Assembly (NCBI GenBank): GCA_963924565.1
Contig: OZ004607.1
Location: forward strand, 5,456,001 to 5,520,000
Origin: Ascidiella aspersa
Lineage: Eukaryota
DNA: 64,000 nt
Reading direction: 5' to 3'
Shown: positions 12,096 to 24,313 of the stretch, in pieces
Position numbering within the stretch: the first letter of the stretch is position 1
Layout of the letters: each line of letters starts with the position of its first letter
The notes under the pieces: generated by a model
The model's input: the letters and a program-made list of their open reading frames with translations, nothing else
Databases searched by the model: none
What the model was told of the DNA's origin: nothing
Translations under genes and position numbers: made by a program

Positions 12096-14797
12096 TATAC
12101 AGAAGTATAATAGGTCGACAGAGTTTATTCGTAGGCCCAGGTTAAGAGCGGCTATGCGACAGGGTGGGACCCTATCATCGCATATGTTTTTACTTTTGCT
12201 GGCATCGCACGCAGCCAGAAACGCCCGCGTTGTAAGCGTAATTAGAGCCAGCAGCGTTTAGTCAGGACACGAGCCGTCGCTTTCGGCCTGCGCTGGAAAT
12301 GTCACAGCGGCCTTCCGCCGCGCCAGCCTACCTGCTGATGAATTGAGGCTCCATCCGCTAGCGAAATTCGCCGAATGCAGCAGCCGTCACCTTTCGATGA
12401 AGCGGTATGCATTCGCTATAGTATGTGTGTGTGTGTAGTTGGTGCGTGCGTGCGGCGTGTGTGTATTGCCCTTGTGGGAGTAACGGGCTGTGCGATGCGA
12501 TGTGATGCGCCTGTAGTAAGGTCATTTGATTCCAGGTGTCAGATTAGGCGGCGTCAGCGTAGGGCTGCTGCTGCTCCTTGATGGGCTCGTCCCGTGTTGG
12601 GCGCACACGGCGAATTAGATACGCAGCTGTCCGTCGCGTTGATCTAATTTCGTTCTCAAAAGCCTAATCGAATCGGCGGAAAACACGAGTTTTTTTGGGC
12701 GTGTTTCGAGTTGTCCGTGTCGCGCTTGCAAATTGTTGCTTTCGGATTTAAAATGGCGGAACTTCATGCGATGCTATTTATCCACATGAGTTGTGATTGC
12801 CTTGAAGGTATGTTATTACTCAGCCGTGTCTTTACCGAAGTTAAGAAAAAGTATATTTTCGAGTTTACGTTAGGCAGCATTAATCTCTCCATATACATCA
12901 GTGGTTCTTTAACCTTTCAACTGGCGAAACGCATTGGCTGTTTTAACCGTTATGTTTTTTAAGACAAATAAAAACAACAAAATCACGGTTCAATAATTTC
13001 TGTACAAATCCGCACTCATCTATACCCTACACAAGAGCTAGGTTTTTTTTTTTTCAAAAAAGGGACGATGCGCTTCCGCTAGAACACTTATTTTTCTAAC
13101 AAATTAAAATCTGAGGTTAATCCAGCAGAACTACTGCTGCGAAGCCAAATAGTTTTTTTCTAAATCAACTGGTTCGCAAAGCAGATACAGTAAGCAAAGG
13201 TATACAAAACATTTAAGTCAATGACTATACGAAGCGTACAGTACTCTATAGCTCGCTTGACTTTAGTGCCGTTCTAAGGCTTTTGGAAAGCACGTGGAAC
13301 CAGAGTTGATTGATTTGGTGTCGATTGTTCTTTTCTCCAGCGCATAATCTTTTAGGTTTTCGGAAACCCTTGCGGTTTTGCCAGGTGACAAGACATCGAC
13401 ACCGAACTGATAAATAACAGCGAGCGCCCGCGCTGTCCAGCCTTTCTATTATGAGTGAAGAGCGGGAAAATTCCCGTTTCGGTGGAATGTAGTGGGCAGA
13501 AGTTGAAATTCCGCTCTCGATTCGGGAAATCATTATGGTTTGCAATCCAATTGACGGCGTTCCCACCCCAAACAGAGAGTTTATAAAAGTTTCGTACTTG
13601 GTTAATATTACTAAGCTTCCAATTTCCTAAAAAAAGCGATTGCTTAATTTCAATGAATCTTTGTGATGATAACAATAAGTGAGCCAACGGCAATTGCAAG
13701 CTTTTTTAATAGGTCTAGACTTTCGAAGTTATAGTCCACTACTAAATTGCTGGGATTTGCCGAAGGTATTGTGTGAAGTGTATAAGCAAAAGATTTGCAA
13801 TTGTTGGACAAGCTCACAATTAAAACGTCATATGTGCAACGATATAATGAGCGTTAGCAACGAACAGATACCGTCTGCTGCAAAAAGCTTCACGTTTACC
13901 AGAATTCAAGTATTTGTATTGAGCATGAGCTCACTGTGTTTCACACCTGACTTAAGGTCTTTTTAGGCCCCTCAGGATGAAGTTTGTTTATTTTTTGGTT
14001 TAACAGTTGCTTATTTGTGCGTGGCAAACAAAACGTACTTAGTTTCATTTCGCTCACAGCTTTCTTTACTAAAGCGCCCGCGAGCCCAGGTACCCTGCCT
14101 TGGCGGCGCACCTATAAGCGATTGCAGCAATTCCACAAAGCGTCCCTTCCTGAATGCGTCGTCCTTACAACGGTCCCACGAACGCAGTGCAGTTATAGAG
14201 AGAGTCAGGTGCCGTGGAAACGTCAATCTAGACGAAACCTAGTACCGGAAGACCGAAATAGCGATTCAGAGGTTCCCGTGAAAACACGATGCTGCGTCTA
14301 AGGCCGAGAGGTCGCCCCGAGGTGCCCAGCCCATCAAGAGACGCCCAGAAGGGAAAGGGGAACAAAGCTTCCTTCGCTGACTGTCAGTCCTGATTGGCGT
14401 TTTTTAGCTGCTTGTTTTTTTTTGCGCATAATTGCAACCTTCGCAGATGGGAAGTGCGTGTGCAATGCCCGGTCGCTCTGGTAGCTCTTTTGATTTTTAC
14501 CTGCAGTCCGCCAAGTGCCTAATTTATTGTTTTTAGCCCTTTGGTTTCGGCGCGTATTGGGACGTGTCTTTCGTGGTAGTAATTTCTCATCGCATCGCGC
14601 AATGTGCAGCCAAGACATTGTGGTCGTTACCCTTTACTGCTGTTAAAATCCCAAAATCTAGTTTAATTACGACCTTTTTCGTTACGTTTAGTGGCCAATG
14701 CCCTACAAGTGTTCATTACCTGGCAGTGACCAAATGCTGGCGAGTTGACGACTATACGTGGGTTGAAGAATTGGCCCAAAAACAAGAAATCGGTGCA

Positions 14798-15073
14798 AAA
14801 AAAGTTTGTCACTTGTTGACTGCCACTTGTTAAAAAAGTTTGTCACTTGTTGACTTACTTGAAGTCTTTTGGTCATGTGGCGTGCGTTATTTGTTATTTA
14901 AATTATTGCTCATATATTCGGACAGGTTTACCAGTTTTAATAGTTTAAAGTTTTTTAAGGACTTGACTTGAAGTTGACTTAATTATGACTTGACTGGGAC
15001 TTGACTTGTTATTTTGTCGAAAATACTTTTGTCGAAGACTTAAGTTGTTTCAAAATGACTTGTTTACAATACT
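14798..15073. repeat. GACTT-rich repeat tract with a 24-bp direct duplication; possible DNA-transposon end
   Basis: AAAAAAGTTTGTCACTTGTTGACT at 14798 and 14832; many GACTT(G) units at 14960-15062. Confidence 0.6.
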
Positions 15074-16457
15074 GCTACATGGTTGTGATAACTCTGTGTG
15101 CTATGTTATCGTTTTTGAAGTCCAGTTTGTATAAATTTTGTCTGCCATACCTCGGGTGCGTTATTTGCTAGATTTTGTCGAAAAACACCTTTTGGAAAAA
15201 CGTTGTCTGGGCTGCAACTTTCGCAAAGGTACGCGATTTCGTCAAGATGTACCCTCGGGAAAGTTAACAAGCACCTGTAGAGATTCGAGAACGGGTTTAT
15301 AGCCTATATATACATATATATATAGGGTCGATTGGCCAGATTGGCCTAATAAGAGTTTGGCACACATAGTGCAGGGTTTCAACTAAGCCTTTGAATCTTT
15401 GTCTTTGATTGTCTTTTTAAAGTCTGTGAGCAAGTCTGAAGTGAAATGCCAAATGTTGGCGGGTTTAAAACGTTTTTCCAACTCTTGCCTACAAACAACC
15501 GTCTAATGGAATCGCTTGACTAATGCCAATACAAGCACGGCGTGTAGATTGTCGCTTGTAAAAGCAGCGTAGCAGGGCAAGGACACGCCTCGTGCGTGCT
15601 CGATTGCCATTTTGTTTATTCCAGGGCGCTGCCGACTGTCACGACGGCGACATATTGTTCGCAGCCGCTCGAACCGCGCGGAACAAACGTTTCGTGGCGG
15701 AAAGCAGCAAGGAAAGCCGTACAATGGGCCTGGCAAACGGCACTTCTGTATTTCTCGATACGCAGAAGAGCTCGGCTCGTCAACACAGCGAGTATAGTTG
15801 GTTACACACGGGAGGGGGAAGTTTTATAAACGCGTGTGTATGGCCCGCTTTGGAGAAGGCAAGCTTTGAATTGATAATCCGCGCCAATCCCGGCTGGCAG
15901 AAGCTGTCAGACCGCTTCCCATCGCAATTCATTTTGTATAGACAGCATTGCTCCCCCCAACTGTGATTCCGTTTCGGTGGTTTGTATCGCGTTACTATAC
16001 TGTGCAGTTCGTGCCGCCGCCACCGCCTGACAGTGCTGCTGTTACTGCGGCGGGCTCGACAACACCATTCACTGTTTTGCCAAGGCACCGTTTCTCCGAA
16101 TCGCGACACCAGATAGACGCTTTTCGGCGTATGTTTTTCGAGACAGATGCCGGGGCCCGAAGACACTAGATTGGACGGTTGAACACGGTCGTTTGGAAAG
16201 CGGTTGACTCCCTTGTTTTAATCCAGGGATATGGCACGAAAACAAAATGCGAAACAGAAGTTCGACAAGGGATTGACAAAGACACGGGTGGGTGGTGTGG
16301 ACGCCAGCGGGGTAACATTCGAAGTGGCGTTAGTTTAAGTGGTCGAATATACTTTATCGTCAAATTGACTCAGATTTCGCCGCTATCGCCTTTCGTAAGC
16401 CTATCTTCTTGCGGTCCTGCTTTGAATGTCAACCTTATTTAACCAGAAAGCATTTCT

Positions 16458-16459
<2 letters not shown>

Positions 16460-16497
<38 letters not shown>
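16460..16497. repeat. (GT)19 microsatellite
   Basis: Read directly from the sequence. Confidence 0.98.
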
Positions 16498-16499
<2 letters not shown>

Positions 16500-16531
16500 G
16501 GGGAAAAGGGTTAAGGAGTAGTATGATGGCC

Positions 16532-16573
16532 TCAGCCCTGCCTGGACCCTTGTCAGCCCTGCCTGGACCCTTG
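16532..16573. repeat. Perfect 21-bp tandem duplication TCAGCCCTGCCTGGACCCTTG x2
   Basis: Read directly from the sequence. Confidence 0.95.
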
Positions 16574-18640
16574 GCTCACAAAAGAGAATCCTGTTTTCGA
16601 ACTTACGTTGGTACTCCTTATCACTTTTCACTTGTGCGGCCTGGAACCCCGAAAAAACTGCTTTCAAACACTTCATTGTTCCAAAAAGCTTTAAAGAGAG
16701 ACACTTTATTTGTTTCTTCACAAACTCCTGCCTAACTTCGGGAACAACTGGTTAATTTATAACTTAGGCCTTCAGAGGAGACCCACAAAGATCCCTGAAA
16801 CGTTTTTCACAGTTTTTACCCTCAGTGTGGGTTTGACCTACGGGCAAAATGAAGCCATCGTTTTTTTTTACATAAACCATTGCCGAGTTTTAGTTGATCA
16901 CGGCAGACGAGGACTTTCAATTTATTACAGCGGATTTTGAGTTTCAACCGATTAAAGCAGACGGGGACTTTCGATTGAAAACAGCAGATTAGAACTAATT
17001 TTTTGTCTAACTGGAATAGTCTGGTAGTCAAATCAAAATGATGCGCTTGTATATATCGCCGTACAACCAGAGTCGGTTCGCGTTTCGTCTCAGATTAAAG
17101 CAACAGCAACTGTGTCCAGTAGTACCACGTCGGTGCTAAGCAATTCGCGCCCTTCTAGTCAGTTAACTGCTCGTTGTTTGAGGGGGCAAGTAAGAACAGC
17201 AGCATCAGCAGCAGTAATAATCGTGCGGCTTACTGACAGCAGTTGCTTACGAAGTGCGATTGGTGGGGTCGTGATACCGACGGCAAACGCCACATTCAGT
17301 TTTGTTTCAGCAAGCGTCGAGCTACATGCCTAGTACACCCATATCGCCAGTGTGAAGTCTACGAGCGCAGTATCTGCCTTGCGAATAGTTAGTTGGGCAC
17401 ACAGAGCGTTCAGGCCAAATTTGCGTGTACAGAGTGCCGGCGTTTTAGAATTGGCAGGTTTTTACTTCGTCTTTTAAAACTTAATTGGGATAATCAGGCC
17501 CTATTTAGAATTAGACAAAAAAAGGCCTTTACAAAGATTGGTAAACTACAATTGCGTGCATAATGCAATTTCCAGAATATACCCAAATTACAAAAAAAGA
17601 AAGGGAAAGGAGGTACTTTACTACATAAAAGAAAGGAGTACTTACTACATAATTTTCCATCCATTTGTAAAAAGAAAAAGGTAACATAACTTGTAAAATC
17701 AAAACTGAATAAAATTGTTTTCGTGACTGTAGTTTTAAAGTGGGAAATAGGACTGAGAGGATCAATAGAGGACATTATTTTTTGGTCAATCGTTGTATAT
17801 TGGGTTATTGCAGTTTAAGCTATCTATGTTTTATCGATCAAGGCTTATAGGCAAACGATTTTAATACACAAAACCTTTCATTGTTATTTCACAAAAAAAC
17901 GTTGCAAACTTACTGTGCTTGTTTGGTGCGGATGGAAATTTTCCAAAATAAAAAAGTGCGGATGTAAATTTTAAAGGTTGAAAAGCACTGATACAGTGCA
18001 ACTTTATAACCCTTTCTTTGGTCAGTGAGTTTGGTGTTAAAGTTTGTTATAAATATCGTATTAGTGTAAGTACCTCGAACTATCGAATTATGTTTTGTCA
18101 GTTCTAGCGCTGCCTCGCGCCAGAATACTTGGGAATAGGGCAACTTAATATGCCTGTTTTGCCTGTTGACGTATCAGCTTGTGTTCCATGAACTAACTTT
18201 CTGTTGTGGCTAATACTAGAAGTGTTTGCGTCGGCTTTTGGTTTAGAATCAACGACTGTAAAATCAAAAAAATAGTTAAGTAGACCTTAGTTCAAAGCAG
18301 GTTAACTCCGAACTGTTAAAAACTGGTCTTTTTAATTTGCATATCTTGTAGGTAATATAACACCACTGTTTAGGTGTCTTAGTTACACAATTGTGTAATT
18401 AAAAAATGCCGACACTGCGCAATCCTGTCATATGCATGAATGGGTGATTCCCAACCGGGGTGCCATTTTTAGAGCTCAAGGGTGCCGTAATGTATTTCGG
18501 AATCTTTATGAATATGATATTTGCCCAACTCATAAGCCCTTTGATCCAACTCTCTATGTGCACTTATATACAATAAAATTAAATTTTAGTTTCTCCGCTT
18601 ATTTTGCTTTTTCAGTTCTATTTATATTGATATTACAGCA

Positions 18641-18810
18641 AACAATTGTAAAATTGTTCTTCCCACAAAATTGTACTAAAGTTCCAACGTTCCGACCACC
18701 TATTCGGGTATAGTTGCAATAATATTGCCCTAAAGAAGATTGCCCGAATAGGTGGTCGAAACGTTGGTACTTTAATCAATTTTTGCCGCAAGGACAATTT
18801 TACAATTGTT
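18641..18810. mobile_element. Family F fold-back copy
   Basis: AACAATTGTAAAATTGT...CGACCACCTATTCGGG / CCCGAATAGGTGGTCGAAACGTTGG...ACAATTTTACAATTGTT. Confidence 0.8.
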
Positions 18811-18857
18811 ACAATTGAAACAATGGCTGGCAGCAAAAACATATTCATTACTTTGTA

Positions 18858-19061
18858 GCATAATGGTTGGAGGTTGTAGTAAGACGTAATAAGAATATCA
18901 AAGCCCATACAGAAGTAGGTTGCATTTTGAACGTTTCGAATAACTCTTTATTCATTTTCAACATAGAGAGAAGTCACTGATGGTAAGTAAAATGAATAAA
19001 GAGTTATTCGAAACGTTCAAACTGATACCTACTTCTGTATGGGCTTTAATATTCTTATTAC
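18858..19061. mobile_element. Fold-back repeat family A, best copy; arms carry a hammerhead-like motif
   Basis: Inverted arms 18886-18958 and 18989-19061 (GTAATAAGAATATCAAAGCCCATACAGAAGTAGGT...GAACGTTTCGAATAACTCTTTATTCATTTT); about nine related copies in the window. Confidence 0.85.
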
Positions 19062-20042
19062 ATATTCATTACAATAAAGTAAACCAATCAACGGAAATTT
19101 GGGTGTGTTGCAATATATTTACTATTTCAGGGGATGCGTAAACTGCTACATGTTAGAAACCACTTATAGATAGGGAAAACGCAACAAATCGAATGGCATA
19201 AAATGGTTGTTCTATCAACTTTGCTTACTTTAAAACGGTTGGTTGCAAACCAGATGTTTTACTTTCTTTAGGACTTTTTCATGTCAGTTTAAAATATATT
19301 CATTACACCTTAGAGCAGGCTAACGACACTTCAGCGTTTGAAACATAATTTTGTCCCAAAATATTTGTTTTTGTTTGTCGCGTCCTGCAAATATCGTTGA
19401 AAACAAATGAAGAATTGGTTTTGGTAGTTTGAACCACCCCCAACCATACGACAACAATTGCTTCATTCACAAAACACAAACATTCAGCAAGTTCTCAAAT
19501 CGTTCTCGTAAACGCAGGCCAATGTTGTTGTTTTGCCTTCGAACGTCCGCACCCAGTAGTTTTACGCAGAAAGTTTGCCTTATAGTTAGCTGAAAATCAC
19601 AATCAAGGGTGCATTTTCTTATGGAAAGAATCGTAAATAGAAGCAAGGTGCCTCGTTTTCAATATAAGTCTAACTGTTATAGCGGTTTTCCTGTCAAATA
19701 TTGAGCTGTTTTAGACATGGCAAGGTGTCAAATCATTGTGGAGTTTGGAGTGTGTAGGACTGGTAGATAAATCTATACCAGGGCTTTGCAAGTTGACATA
19801 GGCCTATTTTTACTTGGCTTGATTACAAAACGTTCAATGAAATATGGACCGTGTCGCTGTTTAATGGACCAAGGGGGCCGTATATTTCGTACGTCATTAA
19901 ATGACGTGATGGTCGATCATCGTATGTTGACAAATGCTCGGTTATGGACCAAAAAACGTTAAGGCACGCATGAACAGCATCCCTTTACGTACGCAGTGAA
20001 CATTACGCAGTCTAATTAGGCCTAGTTCATTCACACATACAA

Positions 20043-20356
20043 CGATAGTTCTCAGCCGGGGTTCCGCGTCAATACTCTAGGGTGCCATTTTCAACGCTTA
20101 AGGGTGCCGAGAGATATTTTAAATGATTAAGGATTCCAATTTTTGTTCTACTGGTAAGCTTCTTAAAACAATTTTTGTGTACGATAAATGTGCAAAAAAT
20201 TAAAAGCAACCTTGTTGCGCAGTTAATGTACCGTTTCAATCTCGTTTATAGTAAACGCTACAGTTAACCAATCAGCAAAAATACGAGCAAGGGTGCCGCG
20301 AACTACTTATAATTTCTATAGGGTGCCGTAAGCCAAAATAGGGTTGCGAAACACTG
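20043..20356. mobile_element. hAT MITE family B copy
   Basis: Collinear similarity to 8021-8336; right end GGTTGCGAAACACTG; left TIR degenerate. Confidence 0.85.
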
Positions 20357-21776
20357 CTCTATACAACGCCAAAACAGTTGCTTGTACGGGTTACTTTTAA
20401 AGTTCACGCAAAGCAGAGTTTACATGGCGACAATGGAAAGGTTTGGAAAGGGCGACTTTTGCCAAACAACTGCTCGACGAGCGGCGGTAAGCGGTAATTA
20501 TCGTGCCGCGAAATGTGGAGTGGACAGTGGCCGCAGTGGGCTGCCCTGTCCGGCGCAACGCTGCAGGTCGTAAAAGTGAGCTTTCAATTCGTCGATTGCC
20601 CTCTCCGAACGTCGCTGATGAGGTCAGAGACCGGTCAAACCCCGTCGCCGTTGCGTAACAATGCCGACGATTGTGATGTCATACGAGGCGACGCTTCACT
20701 TGGCAGCGCTCCCACCCCCCGGTGCGGGGGAGTTTCTTCATAGCGGCCGAATGCATGTAATCGTGCGGATTGGCGAAACGCTTGGGAAAATGAGTAAATA
20801 ATGACTTGTAAAAAACAGAAAGGTTTCGCGTATTAGGCAGTTCGCTACATTGCACAGCGAAGGAAATGTCAGAGTTCGAGCGTATTTTTTTTCAGGTTCT
20901 GCAAATTCCTGACAAATAAAGTAGAGAAGGCAAACTTAAAGAGGCAGTCATCGCTCAGATAAATATCGATTTCTGATGGTGGCAGTTTAGGCGTTTTGTG
21001 CATCTATCGGTATTAGGCGCTTAACTTCACGGAAACTACTTGAAACAATGAAGCCTTACTAAGACGAGTCATGTCGAAATGGCAGTTTTGTTGCGAAAAG
21101 TGAATCGAAACCAGAAAACAATTGCTTTGCGACTTTTAAACAGTCGCTTCATAAAATAAATAATGGCGGGTTTCCTCTTTTCGTTTAGTGGGATATTGTC
21201 AGTCGTTATGGCAGGGAATCGCTTTAATCATTACTCAAGACTATGTTCACTGTAGAACCTATCTCGACGAGATTTGAGTTACCAGTTTTAGCACATTAAT
21301 AGTATCAAAACAGACTGCGAAGTGACAGTATTTAGCTAGAAGAAAGTTGTTTATTTGGAGGATTTCACTAAAAAGTGTGCGTATTGTTGCGTCTTTGCAA
21401 GCAAATAGATTTATATTTCTAGTATGGATGACAAAATCGGCTTTATTATATTAGCTCTTAAGAATGTTAATATCGCCCTAGCATTGCAATGAAATTTGTT
21501 TTTAAACATAAAACGAGAGAAAATGGTCGCCAGTTTTGATTTTTGACAGCGATTTCCATGATCGCTGTTAGGCAGCTTTACCAGAACCGCAGTCAATCGT
21601 AGTTCATTGAAATATGCGACCGAATGTGCATGTAAAAAATCAGCTGGCCGACTCGCAAAAAAAGACGCCGATTGCCTGATTTGCCGTGGCAAGTTCCTAA
21701 AATCACATTGTATTAGGCTGAATGGTTGTTATTGTTTAGCAAAGCGAACGGCTTACCTTGCATGTACTCATTAAAT

Positions 21777-22084
21777 TAGTGGTTCTCAACCAGCACTCTG
21801 GGATGTCAATTTTTAACGCTCAAGGGTGCCGAGATATATTTTAAATTCTTTACGATTCCATTTGTTGCTTTACAGGTAAGCTTCTTAATACACTTTTTTG
21901 TATACGATAAAAGAGCCAAAAAATAATTAGTTTTTTTTTACTTATTGCTCAGTTAATGAGTTGTTTCAATCTATTTTATTGTAATGTTACAGATATCCAC
22001 TCAGCAAAAATACGAGCAAGGTTGCCGCGAACTTTTTACAATTTATGTAGAGTGCCGCAAGTTAAAAAGGGTTGGGAAGCACTG
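21777..22084. mobile_element. hAT MITE family B copy
   Basis: TAGTGGTTCTCAACC...GGTTGGGAAGCACTG; decayed TSD CATTAAAT/CAATGAAT. Confidence 0.85.
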
Positions 22085-23536
22085 CAATGAATAGTTAATG
22101 CTGTTCGTTAACGCTTATGGCTATCGCGCATGAGTTTTTCTGTAGGACCAGTCTAATGACCTTGCTCCCCATCCCACGCCCAACATGACACTCTTCTATT
22201 GAGAGGTGATACAGCACCTAATTGCCGATTCCATTTGTCGCGTTGGCCTTGTCCGCAAGTCAGCAGCTGTCTTGCAGTGTTGAGGCGAAGCGCACTTGTG
22301 GAGACTCAAAATGCGACAAGTCGCAGCTAGAAAAGCGTGCAAATAAACGACAACCGCAAAGGGGGGAAAGCGTGAAATCCGGTTGCAGCAAGTCGAGTTA
22401 ACGCGGAACTTTTTGTGCGATTTTTCGCAGAGTTGCGGCTCATTTGAAGCTCGCAGTTGGGCGATTCTTGTGGTCACTGAAAACACGACTTGGTCCGTTG
22501 GCCGACCCGTTTTTATTTTCTATTTTCCGCCACTGGCCCATTTTAAAAGTCAAATTCAAGTGTTTGGATGTTGTATTGTCTTTATACCCACACGACATCA
22601 TTACTCCACAACCCGGCGTTTTCATAAGGGCATGTTCAACTTTTAGGCTAAATGAAAATATCGCGTGAGAGCTGTATAAAAAACAGGGTTACCGTACTTG
22701 ACTGTTCTAAACATAATTCAAAACAACAAGTAGGGATTTTGAGTCAAACAGCGAATATAGAGGCCAGGAAACAAATTTTGTGTCAATCCGCAGAAAGCCA
22801 ATCGAAGCTATAGGATTTACACCACAGAATTCGCGATATCTTATAGAGTGATTCAAAGTTCAAAATGTTGTCAAAATTTCTCATTTGTTGTTGCTTTGTT
22901 GGTCTCATTATTTTAATGGTTAGATGTAAGAGATCGCTCGACATTTCAATTCAAAAGATACATTCACGGACAATTGTTCACGTGTAAAGGTTGATTTGAA
23001 CAGTTGTTATATACTTTTTGTTGAACGTATCGCAAACATAGCTTTAGGAGAATTATGAGTTGAACACCTTCGATTTCATTGCTCAAACTAAATATATCTA
23101 CTTTGAAATCTGTTTATAAAACTAGATTTTGGTAGGATTCGAACCCTCAACCCCCACTTTTTTTAACTTGAGGATAAAATTAAAATGTTTTTAAAATTCA
23201 AAATGTTTTTAAAATTCAAAATGTGGTGTTAGGTCAATAAAAAAAAAAACTCTACTTATCACGGTACTGTTAGGGGCGAAATGTGTTCATTGAAAGCGAC
23301 CCTTCTCAACGAACGGCGAGTGTGACATCACAATGGGTCGCCCGACGATCGTTAACCGCCCTCACCTTTGCGCGGCCCCGCGTTCTAAAACGATCGCGGC
23401 AGAGCGTCGTCGTCGTGACGTAATAGCTCGTCGCCCGTCGAAAGTCGTTGCATTTCGACTCGCTGGTTGTAAATCCAAATCGCGTTCACTTAGAGTTCAT
23501 GAACCCAGCGGCGGCGGGTCAGACCGTTTCCATATA

Positions 23537-23864
23537 CAGGGGTTCGTCCTAAACCGGTTGTTCTTCCTTAATTTTGTTCTTGACTTTTTTCTTAGCGGAC
23601 CCCAATTTTTTTGCTTCGCATGAATCAGGGTAGGCAAAACGTCATAAATTCACGTCACACTATAAAATTACTTCATTCTGCTGTTTTCGGTCCAAAAATG
23701 TGAAAGTTCAGTGCACAAACGTTTTATTTTTAATTAAAAACTTTTGTTTGAAAAATTGATTACTTTTAAAATAAACCCTAATGTTTGAATTAAACCCTCA
23801 TGGACCCCCTAATATGGGCTTTCGTACCCGCAAGCTGCCATGCATCCCATTTTAAGAACCCCTA
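23537..23864. mobile_element. hAT MITE family C copy (diverged)
   Basis: CAGGGGTTC...GGTCCAAAAATGTGAAAGT...CATGGACCCCCTAA...TTTAAGAACCCCTA. Confidence 0.8.
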
Positions 23865-24234
23865 AACAAAAAATGGTCCCCTTCGCCGAAACAGCCATGA
23901 CGTCATAACTGCAGGACGCTCGCACCCCTCCCCCCTTCTGTTTGGGTCGTGACTCGTCGAAATGTCGACCCCGTGTGGTAGCTCCGGTGTATACGCTGCA
24001 AAAATACGTGTGAAATATGTGAGGGTTTGTTGTGAGCCAAACTTCGTCACGACTTTGCTTTAAATGTGTGTTCAGTGCAGAGCTTGGCGTTAGCAGCAGA
24101 GTTGCAAAGGGAAACAAAACAGTCGCCCATGTAAGGTTTATCGAACTTTTATCTATTTTGACAATGTGTTTTCAAAATCACAGTTACCAAAATGCTGCCA
24201 AACCCAACTGTGCTTGCGCATCAATAGTCACAGT

Positions 24235-24313
24235 CGTAATAAGAATACCAAAGCCCATACAGAAGTAGGTAGCATTTTGAACGTTTCGAAAAACTCTTTA
24301 TACATTTTCAACA
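24235..24313. mobile_element. Family A single arm
   Basis: Near-identical to 18885-18963. Confidence 0.8.

Noticed and set aside
12335-12370. CTGATGA...GAAA
   Set aside because: The intervening sequence does not form stem II.
12753-12807. ATG-initiated exon-like segment ending AAG|GTATGT as another Meis first exon
   Set aside because: Ends in phase 1, incompatible with the phase-0 exon 2; the AAAATGGCGG context is equally a YY1-type motif.
18858-19061. Recurrent repeats as a CRISPR array or bacterial REP system
   Set aside because: The repeats are dispersed and inverted, with no regular repeat-spacer period and no cas or prokaryotic genes; the locus is spliceosomal.
20615-20640. CTGATGA-GGTC(AGA)GACC hammerhead-like start
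   Set aside because: Followed by GGTC rather than GAAA, so the core is incomplete.
23131-23155. tRNA B-box-like GGTTCGAATCC on the minus strand
   Set aside because: No A box or cloverleaf; at most a SINE remnant.
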